From contig OZ253555.1 of NCBI GenBank assembly GCA_965262725.1, positions 3,296,001 through 3,360,000 of the forward strand: a stretch of DNA of 64,000 nt, written 5' to 3'. Under the pieces are notes generated by a model. That model saw only the letters and a program-made list of their open reading frames with translations, was not told the origin of the DNA and searched no databases. The position numbers were made by a program, and so were the translations under genes. Of the stretch, positions 38,509 through 48,799 are shown piece by piece (position 1 is the stretch's first letter; each line of letters starts with the position of its first letter). This DNA is from Dehalococcoidia bacterium. GTDB taxonomy: Bacteria; Chloroflexota; Dehalococcoidia; UBA2979.

Positions 38509-40634
38509 GCGCGGCGGCGGCGGGGGCCGGCCTCGATGTCTACGGCGACGTCACCTTCGGCATCCCCGATCGCCTGCGCGCGAGCTACCGCACCACCACC
38601 TACTTCAACACCGCGCCCGACGAGCCGCTGCAGCGCTGGCTCACCGTCAGGCCCGACGGTCGCGTCCTCGCCTTCGCGGGGAAGGTCGAGTACGGGCAGG
38701 GCGTCCGCTCCGGCTTCGCGATGGAGGTCGCGGAGGAGCTGCGCCTGGCGCCCGACGCCGTCGAGGTGACGCTCGGCGACACCGACCTCGTGCCGTGGGA
38801 TCTCGGCACGTTCGGCTCGGGCTCGACGGCCTACGTCGGCCTGCAGCTGCGGCGCGCCGCCGCCACGGCGCGCATGGCGCTGCTCGATCTCGCCGCCGAT
38901 CGTCTCGACCTCCCCGCGAGCGAGCTGCACCTGGCGGGCGGCCGCGTCGTCGCCGCCACCGATCCCGGCCGCTCGCTCGGCTACGGCGAGCTCGTCGCGG
39001 ACGGCTACAGGCGTGAGGAGATCCCCGAGGGTGAGGTTGAGCTCACCGCCCCGGGCGAGTTCACGGTGCTGGGCAGCGAGCGCGGCCGCGTCGACGCGAT
39101 GGACCGCGTCACCGGCGCCGCCGTCTACTCGCGCGACGTGCTCCTCCCCGGCCTCCTCCACGCGGCCGTGATCCGGCCACCGTCTCTGGGTGCGGAGCTC
39201 TCCGAGTTCGACGCGAGCGTCGCGGGGCAACTCCCCGGCGTGGTGCGGGTCGTTCACGAGCCCCCCGCCCCGGGAAGGCCGGCGCTCGCCGCGGTGCTCG
39301 CCGAGAGTGACGAGCAGGCGCTCCGCGCGGCGAGCATCGTACGGGCGCGGTGGGAGGAGCGGCCGGGGCAGCCCTCTCGCTGGGACGTGCCGCAGATCCT
39401 GCTCGACTCGGCGCGCGACACGATGGTGATGCAGCACGCCGGCGACGTGAAGGCCGGCCTCGAGGCCTCGGCCCGAACGCTCGAGGCCACCTACTACGCC
39501 CCCTACATCAGCATCGCGCCGATGGAACCCCGAGCCGCCACCGCGCGCTGGGAGGGCGAGGGAGAGGACGCGCGGCTCACGGTGTGGGCGGGGACGCAGC
39601 GACCCTTCGGCATACGCTCGGAGCTCGCCGTGCACTTCGAGATGCCGGAGGCTCGGGTGCGCGTGATCGCGCCGGAGATCGGCGGCGGCTTCGGGGGAAA
39701 GAGCATCTACCCGATCGCGCTGGAGGCGGCGCGGCTCGCCCACGCGGCCGGGCGACCGGTCCGGGTCGCCTTCAGCCGCACCGAGGAGACGCAGCACTCG
39801 ACGTTCCGCCCGGCGGCACTGGTCTCGATTCGCAGCGGCATCGACGGACAGGGGCTGCTCACCGCCTGGGAGTACGACGCGATCCACGCCGGAGAGCGGG
39901 CTCTCATCGGGCGCCGCGGCTCGGAGTCGCCCTACACGGCGCCCCACGTGCGCACCGTCGTCTCCTCGGCCGACTCGCCGCTCCCCGTCGGCTCCTACCG
40001 ATCGCTCGGCGCCGCGGTCAACCACTTCGCGCGCGAGTCGCACGTCGACGAGATCGCGGCCGTTCTGGGCGACGATCCCGTCGAGTGGCGGCGACGGCAC
40101 CTCGAGGATCGGCGCTACCACGGCGTCCTGGACGAGGCCGCCCGGCGCTTCGGCTGGCGCCCGGCCGCGCCCGGCGCCTCGGGGCACCGCGGCCGCGGCG
40201 TCGGCTGCGCCGTGGGCATCGACGTCGGGAGCTACGTCGCGCTCTGCGTCGCCGTCGAGGTGCGGGGGCAGGAAGTGCGGGTCGAGCGCGTCTCCGCGGC
40301 AATCGACTGCGGCCTTGCGGTGAACCCGGACGGGGTCGTCAACCAGATCGAGGGAGGCATCGTGCAGGGGCTCGGGGGGACGCTCTCCGAATCGGTCGAG
40401 TTCGAGGGCGGCGTCGTGCTGAACCCGGGCTTCGCCCGCTACCGCGTGCCGCGCATCCACAACACGCCCCGCGTCGACGTCGGGATCGTCGGCGACCCCG
40501 CGGTGCGCTCGACGGGCGCGGGAGAGCTCGGCATCGTGCCGATAGCCGCCGCGGTCGCGAACGCCGTCTACGACGCCACCGGCCAGCGCATCCGCGAGCT
40601 GCCGCTGCAGCGCCAGCTCGCGCCGGTCGGCTAG
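38505..40634 (+). CDS. Molybdopterin-binding subunit (IorB-like)
   Basis: GKVEYGQG, GTFGSGS, APMEP, GGGFGGK, NQIEGG, GAGELG, ANAVYDATGQRIRELP. Confidence 0.9.
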   Translation: MSAAAAGAGLDVYGDVTFGIPDRLRASYRTTTYFNTAPDEPLQRWLTVRPDGRVLAFAGKVEYGQGVRSGFAMEVAEELRLAPDAVEVTLGDTDLVPWDLGTFGSGSTAYVGLQLRRAAATARMALLDLAADRLDLPASELHLAGGRVVAATDPGRSLGYGELVADGYRREEIPEGEVELTAPGEFTVLGSERGRVDAMDRVTGAAVYSRDVLLPGLLHAAVIRPPSLGAELSEFDASVAGQLPGVVRVVHEPPAPGRPALAAVLAESDEQALRAASIVRARWEERPGQPSRWDVPQILLDSARDTMVMQHAGDVKAGLEASARTLEATYYAPYISIAPMEPRAATARWEGEGEDARLTVWAGTQRPFGIRSELAVHFEMPEARVRVIAPEIGGGFGGKSIYPIALEAARLAHAAGRPVRVAFSRTEETQHSTFRPAALVSIRSGIDGQGLLTAWEYDAIHAGERALIGRRGSESPYTAPHVRTVVSSADSPLPVGSYRSLGAAVNHFARESHVDEIAAVLGDDPVEWRRRHLEDRRYHGVLDEAARRFGWRPAAPGASGHRGRGVGCAVGIDVGSYVALCVAVEVRGQEVRVERVSAAIDCGLAVNPDGVVNQIEGGIVQGLGGTLSESVEFEGGVVLNPGFARYRVPRIHNTPRVDVGIVGDPAVRSTGAGELGIVPIAAAVANAVYDATGQRIRELPLQRQLAPVG

Positions 40635-40636
40635 CC

Positions 40637-43132
40637 GTGGGCACCGGGACGGCCGCGCCACTTCTCCACGGCCTGCGTGTGCTCGACCTCTCCAGCGGGC
40701 CGGCCGGTGGCCTCGCCACGATGATCCTCGCCGACTTCGGCGCCGACGTCTTGAAGATCGAGCCGCCCGCGGGTGATCGCTTCCGCTTCCTTGCCGCGTC
40801 GCCGGTGTGGCTCCGGGGCAAGCGCTCGCTCGCGCTCGACCTCGGCTCCGAGGAGGGCCGCGCTCGGTTGCATCAGCTCGCGGGCGAGGCCGACGTCGCG
40901 GTGGCGAGCTTCCGCCCCGGCAGCGCCGCGCCCCTGGGAGCGGATCCGGCGGCGCTCCGCGCACTGAACGGCGGTCTCATCTACTGCTCGATCACGGGCT
41001 TCGGGCCCGAGGGGCCCTACTCCCGCTACCCCGGTTACGAGCAGGTGGTCGCGGCGAAGTCGGGGCGGATGCTGATCTTCGAAGGCTCGATCGGACGCGA
41101 CGGTCCTGTCTACGCGGCGGTCCAGCTGGGCACGCACGTCGCGTCGCAGTCGGCCGTTCAGGGCATCCTCGCGGCGCTGCTCGCCCGGGAGCGGACCGGC
41201 TCGGGGCAGCTTGTGGAGACGAGCCTCCTGCGGGGCTACATCCCCTTCGACATCGCAGGGCTCACCATCCAGCAGCTCCGGGGACGCCACCCGGAGCGCT
41301 TCCCGCCGCCGCCGCCCCAGCTCTTCGGGCGACTCCCGGTGGTCGGCTACAACCCGGTGCCGACCTCCGACGGCGAGTGGATCCAGCTCGCCAGCATCGT
41401 CGAGCACCTCTTCCACGCCTTCATCGCGGCAACCGACCTCGGGGAGATCTACGCCGATCCCCGCTTCGAGGGCGCGCCCTACCTCATCGCCGACGAGGCG
41501 AAAGAGGCGCTGCTCGACATCGTCTACGCCCGCACGCTGACGAAGAGCACGCGGGAGTGGATGCGTACCTTCGTGGCGAACGGGAACGTCGCCGCCGAGC
41601 CCTGGCGCTCCACGCAGCAGGCGCTCGACCACCCGCAGATCGTTCACACGGGCGATGTGATCACGCTCGACTCGCCCGCCCACGGACCGGTGCGGCAGCT
41701 CGGTCCCGTGGCGAAGTTGCCGGCGACGCCGGCCCGGCCCGCCGCGACGCGGCCCACAGTCGACGAGCACCGGGGCGAGGGCTGGCGTCCGCGCGCCGAG
41801 GCGCCGACCCCCCCCGCCGCGCCACGCGGCGGGGGGGCTCCGGAGGAGCGCGAGGGGGGGCCGCTTCAGGGCGTCACGGTGCTCGAGTTCGCCTCGGTCG
41901 TGGCGGTGCCGTACGCCTGCACCATCCTCGCCGACCTCGGCGCGCGCGTGATCAAGCTCGAGACGCTCGCCGGCGACAGCTTCCGCCTGATGGGGAACCC
42001 CGGCGTCGGGGACGTGCGTGGGCTGGGCGCGATCAAGATGACGGCCTCCAAGGAGAGCATCACGCTGGACCTGAAGGCGGCCGAGGGGCGGCGCATCGCC
42101 GAGCAGCTCATCGAGCGCGCCGACGTGCTCATCCACAACTTCCGCCCGGGGGCTCCGGAGCGGATCGGGATCGGCTACGAGCAAGCGAGCGCGCTCAACC
42201 CGCGCCTCGTCTACGTCTCGGCGACCGGCTACGGCATCGACGGCCCGTACGCGCGTCGCCCGACCGCGCACCCGGCGCCCGGCGCGGCGCTCGGCGGCGC
42301 TTACCTGCAGGCCGGCGGCGTCGACCACCCCGTGGCCGCGGGCGACCTCGCCGCGATGAGCGAGGAGGCGCGCCGCATGCAGCAGGCAAACGAGATCTCG
42401 CCCGATCCCAACGCCTCGGCGGTGGTGGCGACCGCGGCGCTCCTCGGGCTGATGGCGCAGCGGAGACGCGGGGTCGGCCAGCACGTGCAGTGCAACATGA
42501 TGGGCGCCAACGCCTACGCGAACCACGATGACTTCGTCGACTACGACGGCAAGCCCGAGCGCCCGCACGCCGACGGGGACTTGCTCGGCCTCTCGGCCCT
42601 CTATCGCCTCTACCGGGCGGCTCCGGCCGAGGAGGACGGGGCGAGGCCGAGCTGGCTCTTCCTCGCGGTCACGAGCGAGCGCGAGTGGACGGCGCTGGCC
42701 GGTACGCCGGGGCTCGAGGCGCTCGCGGGCGATACGCGATTCCAGACGGCCGAGGCCCGGGGCGAGCACGACGCGGAGCTGGCAGGGGCGCTCGGCGAGC
42801 TGCTCGCCGCACGGACAGCCGACGAGTGGGAGCGGCTGCTCACCACTCGCGACGTCGCCGGCGTGCGTGCCGACGCCCGGGAGCCCGGGCTGTTCTGGGA
42901 CAGCGACCCCCACGTGGAGGCGGCCGGGCTGACGGTTGAGACCGACCACCCCCTCTGGGGCCCGTACCGGCGGCACGCGCCGCTCGTGCACTTCCACGGG
43001 ACGCCGGAGACGCCGGGTCCGGGGATGCTCGGCGGACAGCACGCGCGCGCCATCCTCGCCGAGCTCGGCTACGACGACGAGGCGGTAGAGGGCCTCTACG
43101 AGCGGGGCGTGGTCGTCACGCTCGACTACTAG
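40637..43132 (+). CDS. Two-domain (fused) family III CoA-transferase, CaiB/BaiF-like
   Basis: Two repeats of GxxVLxx...LADxGAxVxKxE (LADFGADVLKIE; LADLGARVIKLE), SITGFG and NFRPG. Confidence 0.88.
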   Translation: MGTGTAAPLLHGLRVLDLSSGPAGGLATMILADFGADVLKIEPPAGDRFRFLAASPVWLRGKRSLALDLGSEEGRARLHQLAGEADVAVASFRPGSAAPLGADPAALRALNGGLIYCSITGFGPEGPYSRYPGYEQVVAAKSGRMLIFEGSIGRDGPVYAAVQLGTHVASQSAVQGILAALLARERTGSGQLVETSLLRGYIPFDIAGLTIQQLRGRHPERFPPPPPQLFGRLPVVGYNPVPTSDGEWIQLASIVEHLFHAFIAATDLGEIYADPRFEGAPYLIADEAKEALLDIVYARTLTKSTREWMRTFVANGNVAAEPWRSTQQALDHPQIVHTGDVITLDSPAHGPVRQLGPVAKLPATPARPAATRPTVDEHRGEGWRPRAEAPTPPAAPRGGGAPEEREGGPLQGVTVLEFASVVAVPYACTILADLGARVIKLETLAGDSFRLMGNPGVGDVRGLGAIKMTASKESITLDLKAAEGRRIAEQLIERADVLIHNFRPGAPERIGIGYEQASALNPRLVYVSATGYGIDGPYARRPTAHPAPGAALGGAYLQAGGVDHPVAAGDLAAMSEEARRMQQANEISPDPNASAVVATAALLGLMAQRRRGVGQHVQCNMMGANAYANHDDFVDYDGKPERPHADGDLLGLSALYRLYRAAPAEEDGARPSWLFLAVTSEREWTALAGTPGLEALAGDTRFQTAEARGEHDAELAGALGELLAARTADEWERLLTTRDVAGVRADAREPGLFWDSDPHVEAAGLTVETDHPLWGPYRRHAPLVHFHGTPETPGPGMLGGQHARAILAELGYDDEAVEGLYERGVVVTLDY

Positions 43133-43152
43133 ACGCGACGGGAGCCGGAATC

Positions 43153-44793
43153 ATGGCAGAGAACAGATCCTCACGTGGCGGGCCCGCCGTCGATGAGCGC
43201 ACCATCGTCGTGCCGACGCTGCGCCTCCCCACCTGCTACGACCCCGACCAGTTCACCCGCGTCGCCCCCTGGCGCTCGATCGTGAACTGGGATGTGCATG
43301 TGCAGCTCTATGATCAGCTGCTGCGCTACGTGATCGTCGAGGTCGACGGCCGGCCCGTGCAGGACGTGACGAGCTTCGATCCGATGCTCGCCGATGGCTT
43401 CGAGGTCTCTCCGGACGGCATGCGCTACCGCGTCGCGCTGAGGCCCGGCGTTACCTCTCAGCACGGCCACGAGCTCACGGCTGACGACGTGGTATGGAGC
43501 TGGGCCGCGCTCGAGGAACCCGCCGGCGCGCTGCGGCCGCCCGACGTGAACTGGCTGAGCACCGGCGTCCACGGCGAGGTCGGCCGCTGGGTCGCTTTCA
43601 TGGGCTCGGCGTACGAGGCGATCCCCGGATCCGGTCCCCCCGAAGTGCGCGCGCTCGACCGCTACACCGTCGAGTTCGCTCTTCCCGAGCCGAACGCGGC
43701 CTTCCCGCACATCCTCACCATGACGGTGCCGCCGATCTACGACTCGACCGAGGCGAGGCGGCACGCGACGCCGGAGGATCCGTTCGCGCGCGACTGGCTC
43801 GCCGAGAACCCGGGAGGTTTCGGCCGCTACGCCGTCGAGAGCCGCTCGGAGGAGGAGCTCGTGCTCCGCGCCCGAGCCGACCACTACGCCGGGATACCGG
43901 CGGTCGAGCGGGTCGTCTACCGCGTGCTGCCGGAGGGGCGCGACCGCGTCGATGCGCTGCTGGCCGGCGAGATCGACGTGGTTTTCCAGCCCTCGCCAGC
44001 CGAGGCCGAGCGCGTCGCCGACCACGCGGAGGCCGCGCTCTTCCAGTCGCCCAGCAACTCGCAGCTCTCGCTCCAGATGGACGCGCGCGTCGCCCCCTTC
44101 GACGACGTCCACGTCAGGCGGGCGCTCGCCGCGGCGGTCCCCTACCGCGAGATCGCGGACGAGGTGTTGAGAGGGTACGGGCGCCCCTGGCGAGGCGTCG
44201 TGCCGGAGACGAGCCTCGGCTACCTGGAGCTGTGGTCGGGCGAGCAGGATCTCGCGCGGGCACGCGAGGAGATCGCAGCGTCGGGGCGCGGCGAGGTGCG
44301 CGCCACGCTCTACCACGGCGCCGGCGACCCGGTGCACGCGGACGTGGCGCGGCGCGTGGCGCGCGACGCCAGGGTCGTCGGCATCGATCTCGAGGTCCGT
44401 CCGGTGGCGGGGAACGAGCTCAGCGACCTCCAGAAGGAGTACCGCATGCCGCTCGCGATCGCCGGCGGCGGCCACCGCTGCAACGAGATGGGCTACGCCG
44501 TTCCACACGACTTCGGCGACCGCTACTTCGGCATCACGAACTGGATCGACTACCAGAACCCGGGCGTGAACGAGCGCATCCTGGAGATCCGGCGGACGCA
44601 CGACCCCGATCGGCGCCTCGCGCTCATCCACGAGACGCAGCGGATCGTCGCCGAGGACCAGCCGTGGGCTTTCATCGCCCAGCCCGATTTCCTCGTCGCC
44701 CACCGCGCCGGGCTCCAGGGATTCGCGTGGCGCTCCCGCTCGGGCAACCGGCTCGCCTACTACGACCTCCGTTGGGGAACGCCGCCGGAGTAG
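43153..44793 (+). CDS. ABC transporter substrate-binding protein, family 5, no evident signal peptide
   Basis: PMLADGFEVSPDG, ELTADDVVWS, PFDDVHVRRALA. Confidence 0.82.
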   Translation: MAENRSSRGGPAVDERTIVVPTLRLPTCYDPDQFTRVAPWRSIVNWDVHVQLYDQLLRYVIVEVDGRPVQDVTSFDPMLADGFEVSPDGMRYRVALRPGVTSQHGHELTADDVVWSWAALEEPAGALRPPDVNWLSTGVHGEVGRWVAFMGSAYEAIPGSGPPEVRALDRYTVEFALPEPNAAFPHILTMTVPPIYDSTEARRHATPEDPFARDWLAENPGGFGRYAVESRSEEELVLRARADHYAGIPAVERVVYRVLPEGRDRVDALLAGEIDVVFQPSPAEAERVADHAEAALFQSPSNSQLSLQMDARVAPFDDVHVRRALAAAVPYREIADEVLRGYGRPWRGVVPETSLGYLELWSGEQDLARAREEIAASGRGEVRATLYHGAGDPVHADVARRVARDARVVGIDLEVRPVAGNELSDLQKEYRMPLAIAGGGHRCNEMGYAVPHDFGDRYFGITNWIDYQNPGVNERILEIRRTHDPDRRLALIHETQRIVAEDQPWAFIAQPDFLVAHRAGLQGFAWRSRSGNRLAYYDLRWGTPPE

Positions 44794-44802
44794 ACGAGGA
44801 CG

Positions 44803-46047
44803 CTAGCCGTAGGCGTTGCCGATCACGCCGTCTGCCTCGAGGCGGTCGATCTCGTCGTCGTCGTAGCCGTGCTCGCGCAGGAGTTCCCGGTTGTACTCCC
44901 CCACCAGCCCGCAGGGGAGATCCCAGGACAGCGCGTCGGGGCCGAAGCGCCAGAGGAAGCCAGCCTGGATGCGGGGGCCCGTGTACGGGTGGTCGATCGT
45001 CGGGAACCAGCTGCGGGCGTTGAGCTGCGGCGAGAGCAGCATCTCCTGGGGTCCCGCGACGGCCGCGGCGATGCCTCCCTCCTCCTGAACGAGATCGGCG
45101 AGCGCCTCGGCCTCGGCACCGGCCGCGTGCTCGGCGAGGGCGCGATCGACCGCCTCGCGGTCGCGGAGCCGACCGACGACCGTGGCCCACCGGTGCCCGT
45201 CCTGAGCCCACTCCGGGTGGCCGACGGCGCGCGCGAGCGCGCCCCACTGCGCGTCGTCCTCCGCGGCCAGCACCACCCAGCGGTCCTCGCCTGAGGCGCG
45301 GTAGCAGTCGTGGGGGACGACGTGCTGCTCGGCGTTGCCGACGCGCGCCGGGAGGCGCCCGTTGAGGGTCCACTCGGCGAGCACGCCGGGGACCTGGGTC
45401 GCGAGTTCCTCCACCTGCGAGAGGTCGACAAGCATCCCCTCGCCCGTGCGCTCGCGCTCGCGCAGCGCGGTCACGACCGCGAAGACGAGGGCGAGCGGCA
45501 CCGTCGCGTCGGAGTGCGTGATCGGTGACGTCTCCTCCACGCCGCGCCAGGGATAGCCGCGAACCGCGGTGTGGCCGGTCACGCAGTCGAAGCCGCCGCC
45601 GAAGGAGACGTAGCCCTGGTAGGGCCCCGAGAGACCCCAGCCCGGCAGCGAGAGGCGGATCAGCCGCGGCGCGTCGGCGTGCATCCGCTCCCAGTCGAAG
45701 CCGAGCTTCTCCATCGTTCCAGCCGAGAATGAGTCGATCACGACGTCCGCTCGCGCGAGCAGCCGTCGGAACGCCGCCGCCCCTTCCTCGCGCCTGAGGT
45801 TGATCGCCATGTTGCGCTTGTTGCGGTTGCCCTGATGCTGCGCCCACGAGTGCTCGTACGCGGGCCCCTCGCCCGGCGCGACGCGCCAGTCGGCGGGGTC
45901 GATGGGGCGCGTCGGCGAGAAGCGCGGGTACGACTCGACCTTGATCACATCGGCGCCGAGGTCACCGAGCAGCGAGCCGCCGACCGGGCCCGCCCAGACC
46001 TCGCTGAGCTCGATCACGCGTACGCCGGCAAGCGCGCGGCTGGTCAT
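44803..46047 (-). CDS. Family III CoA-transferase
   Basis: LAGVRVIELS, LGDLGADVIKVES, NRNKR, GWGLSGPY. Confidence 0.9.
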   Translation of the reverse strand: MTSRALAGVRVIELSEVWAGPVGGSLLGDLGADVIKVESYPRFSPTRPIDPADWRVAPGEGPAYEHSWAQHQGNRNKRNMAINLRREEGAAAFRRLLARADVVIDSFSAGTMEKLGFDWERMHADAPRLIRLSLPGWGLSGPYQGYVSFGGGFDCVTGHTAVRGYPWRGVEETSPITHSDATVPLALVFAVVTALRERERTGEGMLVDLSQVEELATQVPGVLAEWTLNGRLPARVGNAEQHVVPHDCYRASGEDRWVVLAAEDDAQWGALARAVGHPEWAQDGHRWATVVGRLRDREAVDRALAEHAAGAEAEALADLVQEEGGIAAAVAGPQEMLLSPQLNARSWFPTIDHPYTGPRIQAGFLWRFGPDALSWDLPCGLVGEYNRELLREHGYDDDEIDRLEADGVIGNAYG

Positions 46048-47237
46048 CCCGTCACCCCGGCGCGGAAGAGGGCCTGCTGTTCCTCGCGGGAGTAACCGAG
46101 GCTGTCGAGAATCTCGGTGCCGTGCTCGCCCAGGCGCGGCGCCGGACCGGCGCGCCAGCCATCGCCCTCCACGCCGCCGAGGCGGAACGGCGGGCCCGCG
46201 AGCGTTATCGTGCCCACGTCGGGCTGCTCGACGGCGACGTAGGAGCCGCGCGCGACCGACTGCTCGTCCTCCAGCGCCTCGGAGATGTCGAGGATCGGCG
46301 TGCAGAGCACGCGCTCGGCCTGCATCGCGCGGAAGACATCCCCCTTCGTGCGCGCGTCCAGCCACGGCTGGAAGACCGCGAGGAACTCCTCGTGGTGGTC
46401 GGGGCGGACTTCCTTCGTACGAAAGCGCCGGTCCTCGATGAAGTCGGGCCGACCGATCGCGCGGCAGGCGCGCTCGAAGAACGGCGAGTCACCCGCCGTC
46501 AGCTGCACGAAACCGTCCTTGCACTGGTAGGTGCCCACGGGGTACGTCCCGCGGGAGCGCCGGGGCACGGAGGGCGCGCCGCCGGAGAGGGACCACGCGA
46601 CGAAGGAAGTGTCGACGTTGCCGGCGAGCGCCTCGACGGCCGACACCTCGGCGTCGCGGCGGACGCGGTCGTGGACGTGTCCCCAGAGGGCACCGGCGGC
46701 GGCGGCGGCGGCGGTCAGGCCGACCTGCATCGCGGCGACGTGGGGCGCGTAGCGCAGCGGCGGCTCTCCCTCCCGGCGGTGACGGTGGAGACGCGTGGTC
46801 CAGGCGAAGATCGAGAGGTCGTTCTCGAGGCGCTCCCGGTAGGGACCGTCGAGGCCGTGCGGGCTCATCGCCACCACGGACGGCGCCTCCTCCGCCCCGC
46901 GCAGCGCGTCGAGCACGCTCGCGGCCATGGCGGGCGGGAGCTCGACGAGCGCGAGCTGAGCACCTCGCGCGAGCCGCCCGAGCACCTCGCGCCCCGACGC
47001 TGTCCCTACGTCGAGCGCGAGCGAGCGCTTCCCGGTGTCGAGCGAGAGGTGGAAGCCCCCGCGATCGCGGTGCGGTCGGTCGTCTGGGAAGGGGGGCAGG
47101 CGGCGCACTTCGCCGCCGCCTACCCGCTCGACCTTCACGACGTCGGCACCGAAGTCGGCGAACTGCTTCCCGGCGCACGAGACGGCCACACCGTCGCCGA
47201 TCTCCACCACGCGAACGCCCGACCAGGGCTGCGTCAC
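46044..47237 (-). CDS. Family III CoA-transferase (partner subunit)
   Basis: FADFGADVVKVE, GKRSLALD, YQCKDG, APRLGEH; overlaps the downstream start by 4 nt. Confidence 0.9.
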   Translation of the reverse strand: MTQPWSGVRVVEIGDGVAVSCAGKQFADFGADVVKVERVGGGEVRRLPPFPDDRPHRDRGGFHLSLDTGKRSLALDVGTASGREVLGRLARGAQLALVELPPAMAASVLDALRGAEEAPSVVAMSPHGLDGPYRERLENDLSIFAWTTRLHRHRREGEPPLRYAPHVAAMQVGLTAAAAAAGALWGHVHDRVRRDAEVSAVEALAGNVDTSFVAWSLSGGAPSVPRRSRGTYPVGTYQCKDGFVQLTAGDSPFFERACRAIGRPDFIEDRRFRTKEVRPDHHEEFLAVFQPWLDARTKGDVFRAMQAERVLCTPILDISEALEDEQSVARGSYVAVEQPDVGTITLAGPPFRLGGVEGDGWRAGPAPRLGEHGTEILDSLGYSREEQQALFRAGVTG

Positions 47238-47430
47238 CCGCTCGCTCCTCCCGCCCGGTCTCGTGTCCCGGGCGCTGTCGAACCCCCTCGGCGTCGCATG
47301 CTACGTCACCTCCTCGATGGCGCGCACGGCCGATCCGCGCGCGGGCGCGCCGCTCGCGCCGCCGGCGCGCCGTGGCTACGCTGGGTCCCCGCCGCCTCCC
47401 CTCGGGGGCGGCGCTCGACGAGGAGCTGCG

Positions 47431-48219
47431 ATGGACCTCGGGATCGCGGGGCGCGTCGCCCTCATCACAGGCGGGAGCTGCGGCATCGGCCGGGCCTGCG
47501 CGGTGGAGCTCGCGCGCGAGGGCGCCCGCGTCTGCCTCGTCGCCCGCGATCCCGGGCGCCTCGGCGAGGCGCTCGCGTCAGTGCGGGCAGCCGGGGGCGA
47601 AGGGATGACGATCTCCGCCGACCTGGCCACCATCGAGGGCTGCCGGGAGGCCGTCGAGCGCTGCGTCGGCGAGCTCGGCGCCCTCCACATCCTGGTCAAC
47701 AACGCCGGCGCGGCGCGCGAGCACCACGTCGCCGACGTTCCGGCCGAGCTCTTCGACGACGCCCTTGCGCTCAAGCTCTACGGCTACCTGCGGATGTCAC
47801 AGCTCGCGCTCGTGCACATGCGGGACGCCGGCTGGGGGCGCATCGTGAACATCGCCGGCGCCGCGGGCGCGAGTCCGCTCCCCGACAACCTGCCGATGAG
47901 CATCGCGAACGTGGGCGTGCTCAACCTGACGCGCGCGTTCTCCGACATCGCGGCGGCAGACGGCGTGACGGCGAACGCGATCTGTCCGGGACTCACCGAC
48001 ACCGACCGAGCTCGGGAGCTTCGCGAGGAGCGCGCCGCCGCGGCCGGCATCGATGTAGAGGAGTTGCTGAACCGCATGGCGTCGCGCACCCCCGCCGGCC
48101 GCATGGCGAGCGCCGAGGAGGTCGCGCGTGTCGCGTGCTTCCTCGCCTCGGAGGCGGCGAGCTTTGTGCACGGGACGGCCGTTTACATGGACGGCGGCGC
48201 GCGCCGCGCGACGCCGTAG
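47431..48219 (+). CDS. Short-chain dehydrogenase/reductase
   Basis: MDLGIAGRVALITGGSCGIG, VNNAG, GWGRIVNI, MDGG; AGGAG RBS. Confidence 0.9.
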   Translation: MDLGIAGRVALITGGSCGIGRACAVELAREGARVCLVARDPGRLGEALASVRAAGGEGMTISADLATIEGCREAVERCVGELGALHILVNNAGAAREHHVADVPAELFDDALALKLYGYLRMSQLALVHMRDAGWGRIVNIAGAAGASPLPDNLPMSIANVGVLNLTRAFSDIAAADGVTANAICPGLTDTDRARELREERAAAAGIDVEELLNRMASRTPAGRMASAEEVARVACFLASEAASFVHGTAVYMDGGARRATP

Positions 48220-48296
48220 CGTCCCCCTCGTCCCCGGGCGGCCGCTTTCCGCCCCGTGGGCTGCTCCCGTATCGTGAGATGGCGCCCTCCAGCGGT

Positions 48297-48384
48297 GCCG
48301 AAGTGGCGGAACGGCAGACGCGGCGGTCTCAAAAACCGTTGGGCTTCACGGCCCGTGTGGGTTCGAATCCCACCTTCGGCACCA
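48297..48384 (+). tRNA. tRNA-Leu (CAA)
   Basis: Acceptor stem GCCGAAG/CTTCGGC plus ACCA, anticodon loop CT-CAA-AA, long variable arm, GGTTCGAATCC T-loop. Confidence 0.96.
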
Positions 48385-48427
48385 GAAATCCAGTTCAAAT
48401 CGGGCATTCCCGGCGATCACCGACCCC

Positions 48428-48475
48428 ATCAATTGTAGTCACCACACTGATCAATTGTAGGCATTCTGTAGGCAT
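48428..48475 (+). repeat. Phased short direct repeats downstream of the tRNA (candidate integrase arm-type sites)
   Basis: ATCAATTGTAG at 48428 and 48450; TGTAGGCAT at 48456 and 48467; TGTAG spacings of 22 and 11 bp. Confidence 0.6.
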
Positions 48476-48799
48476 GCGCGGTCAAGACGGGTGGGCCCCG
48501 CAGCAGGGAGATGCGGACATTCCGGGGAGCGCGGCGGCTCTCGCCGGTCCGCGGGACCCGCCGGCGGTCCGTGCCGCCAGGGTCATCCAGGCCCATCAGG
48601 CTCCTCCGTTCCTCCTCTCGTCCCCCACGATCCGCCGGTCCGGGCCTGTCTGATTCGCGACCGGCCGACACCGTTCCCGTGTGCGAGGGACATCGAGACG
48701 GCACGTCCGGCCTGGTGGCGATGGCTTCCCGGCCTGGCGCCGAGGTGCGCCGGCGCCGCCGGGCTGGAGATGGCCGGAGCGCGCGGCTGCCCGTGGAGC

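Noticed and set aside
34089-43042. Long antisense or alternate-frame ORFs (e.g. 34089-36800, 38442-40964, 40631-43042; also 257-1939, 3254-4930, 52639-54708)
   Set aside because: Arg/Pro/Gly-rich shadows of real genes, as expected in very high-GC DNA; no recognisable motifs.
37569-43132. ORF-track giants of 1021 aa and 1260 aa as novel fusions
   Set aside because: Their N-terminal parts overlap real genes in other frames; true starts are at 38505 and 40637.
48428-48475. Mini CRISPR array
   Set aside because: Repeats are 9-11 bp with at most 11-bp gaps and there are no cas genes; no CRISPR-like array was noticed elsewhere.
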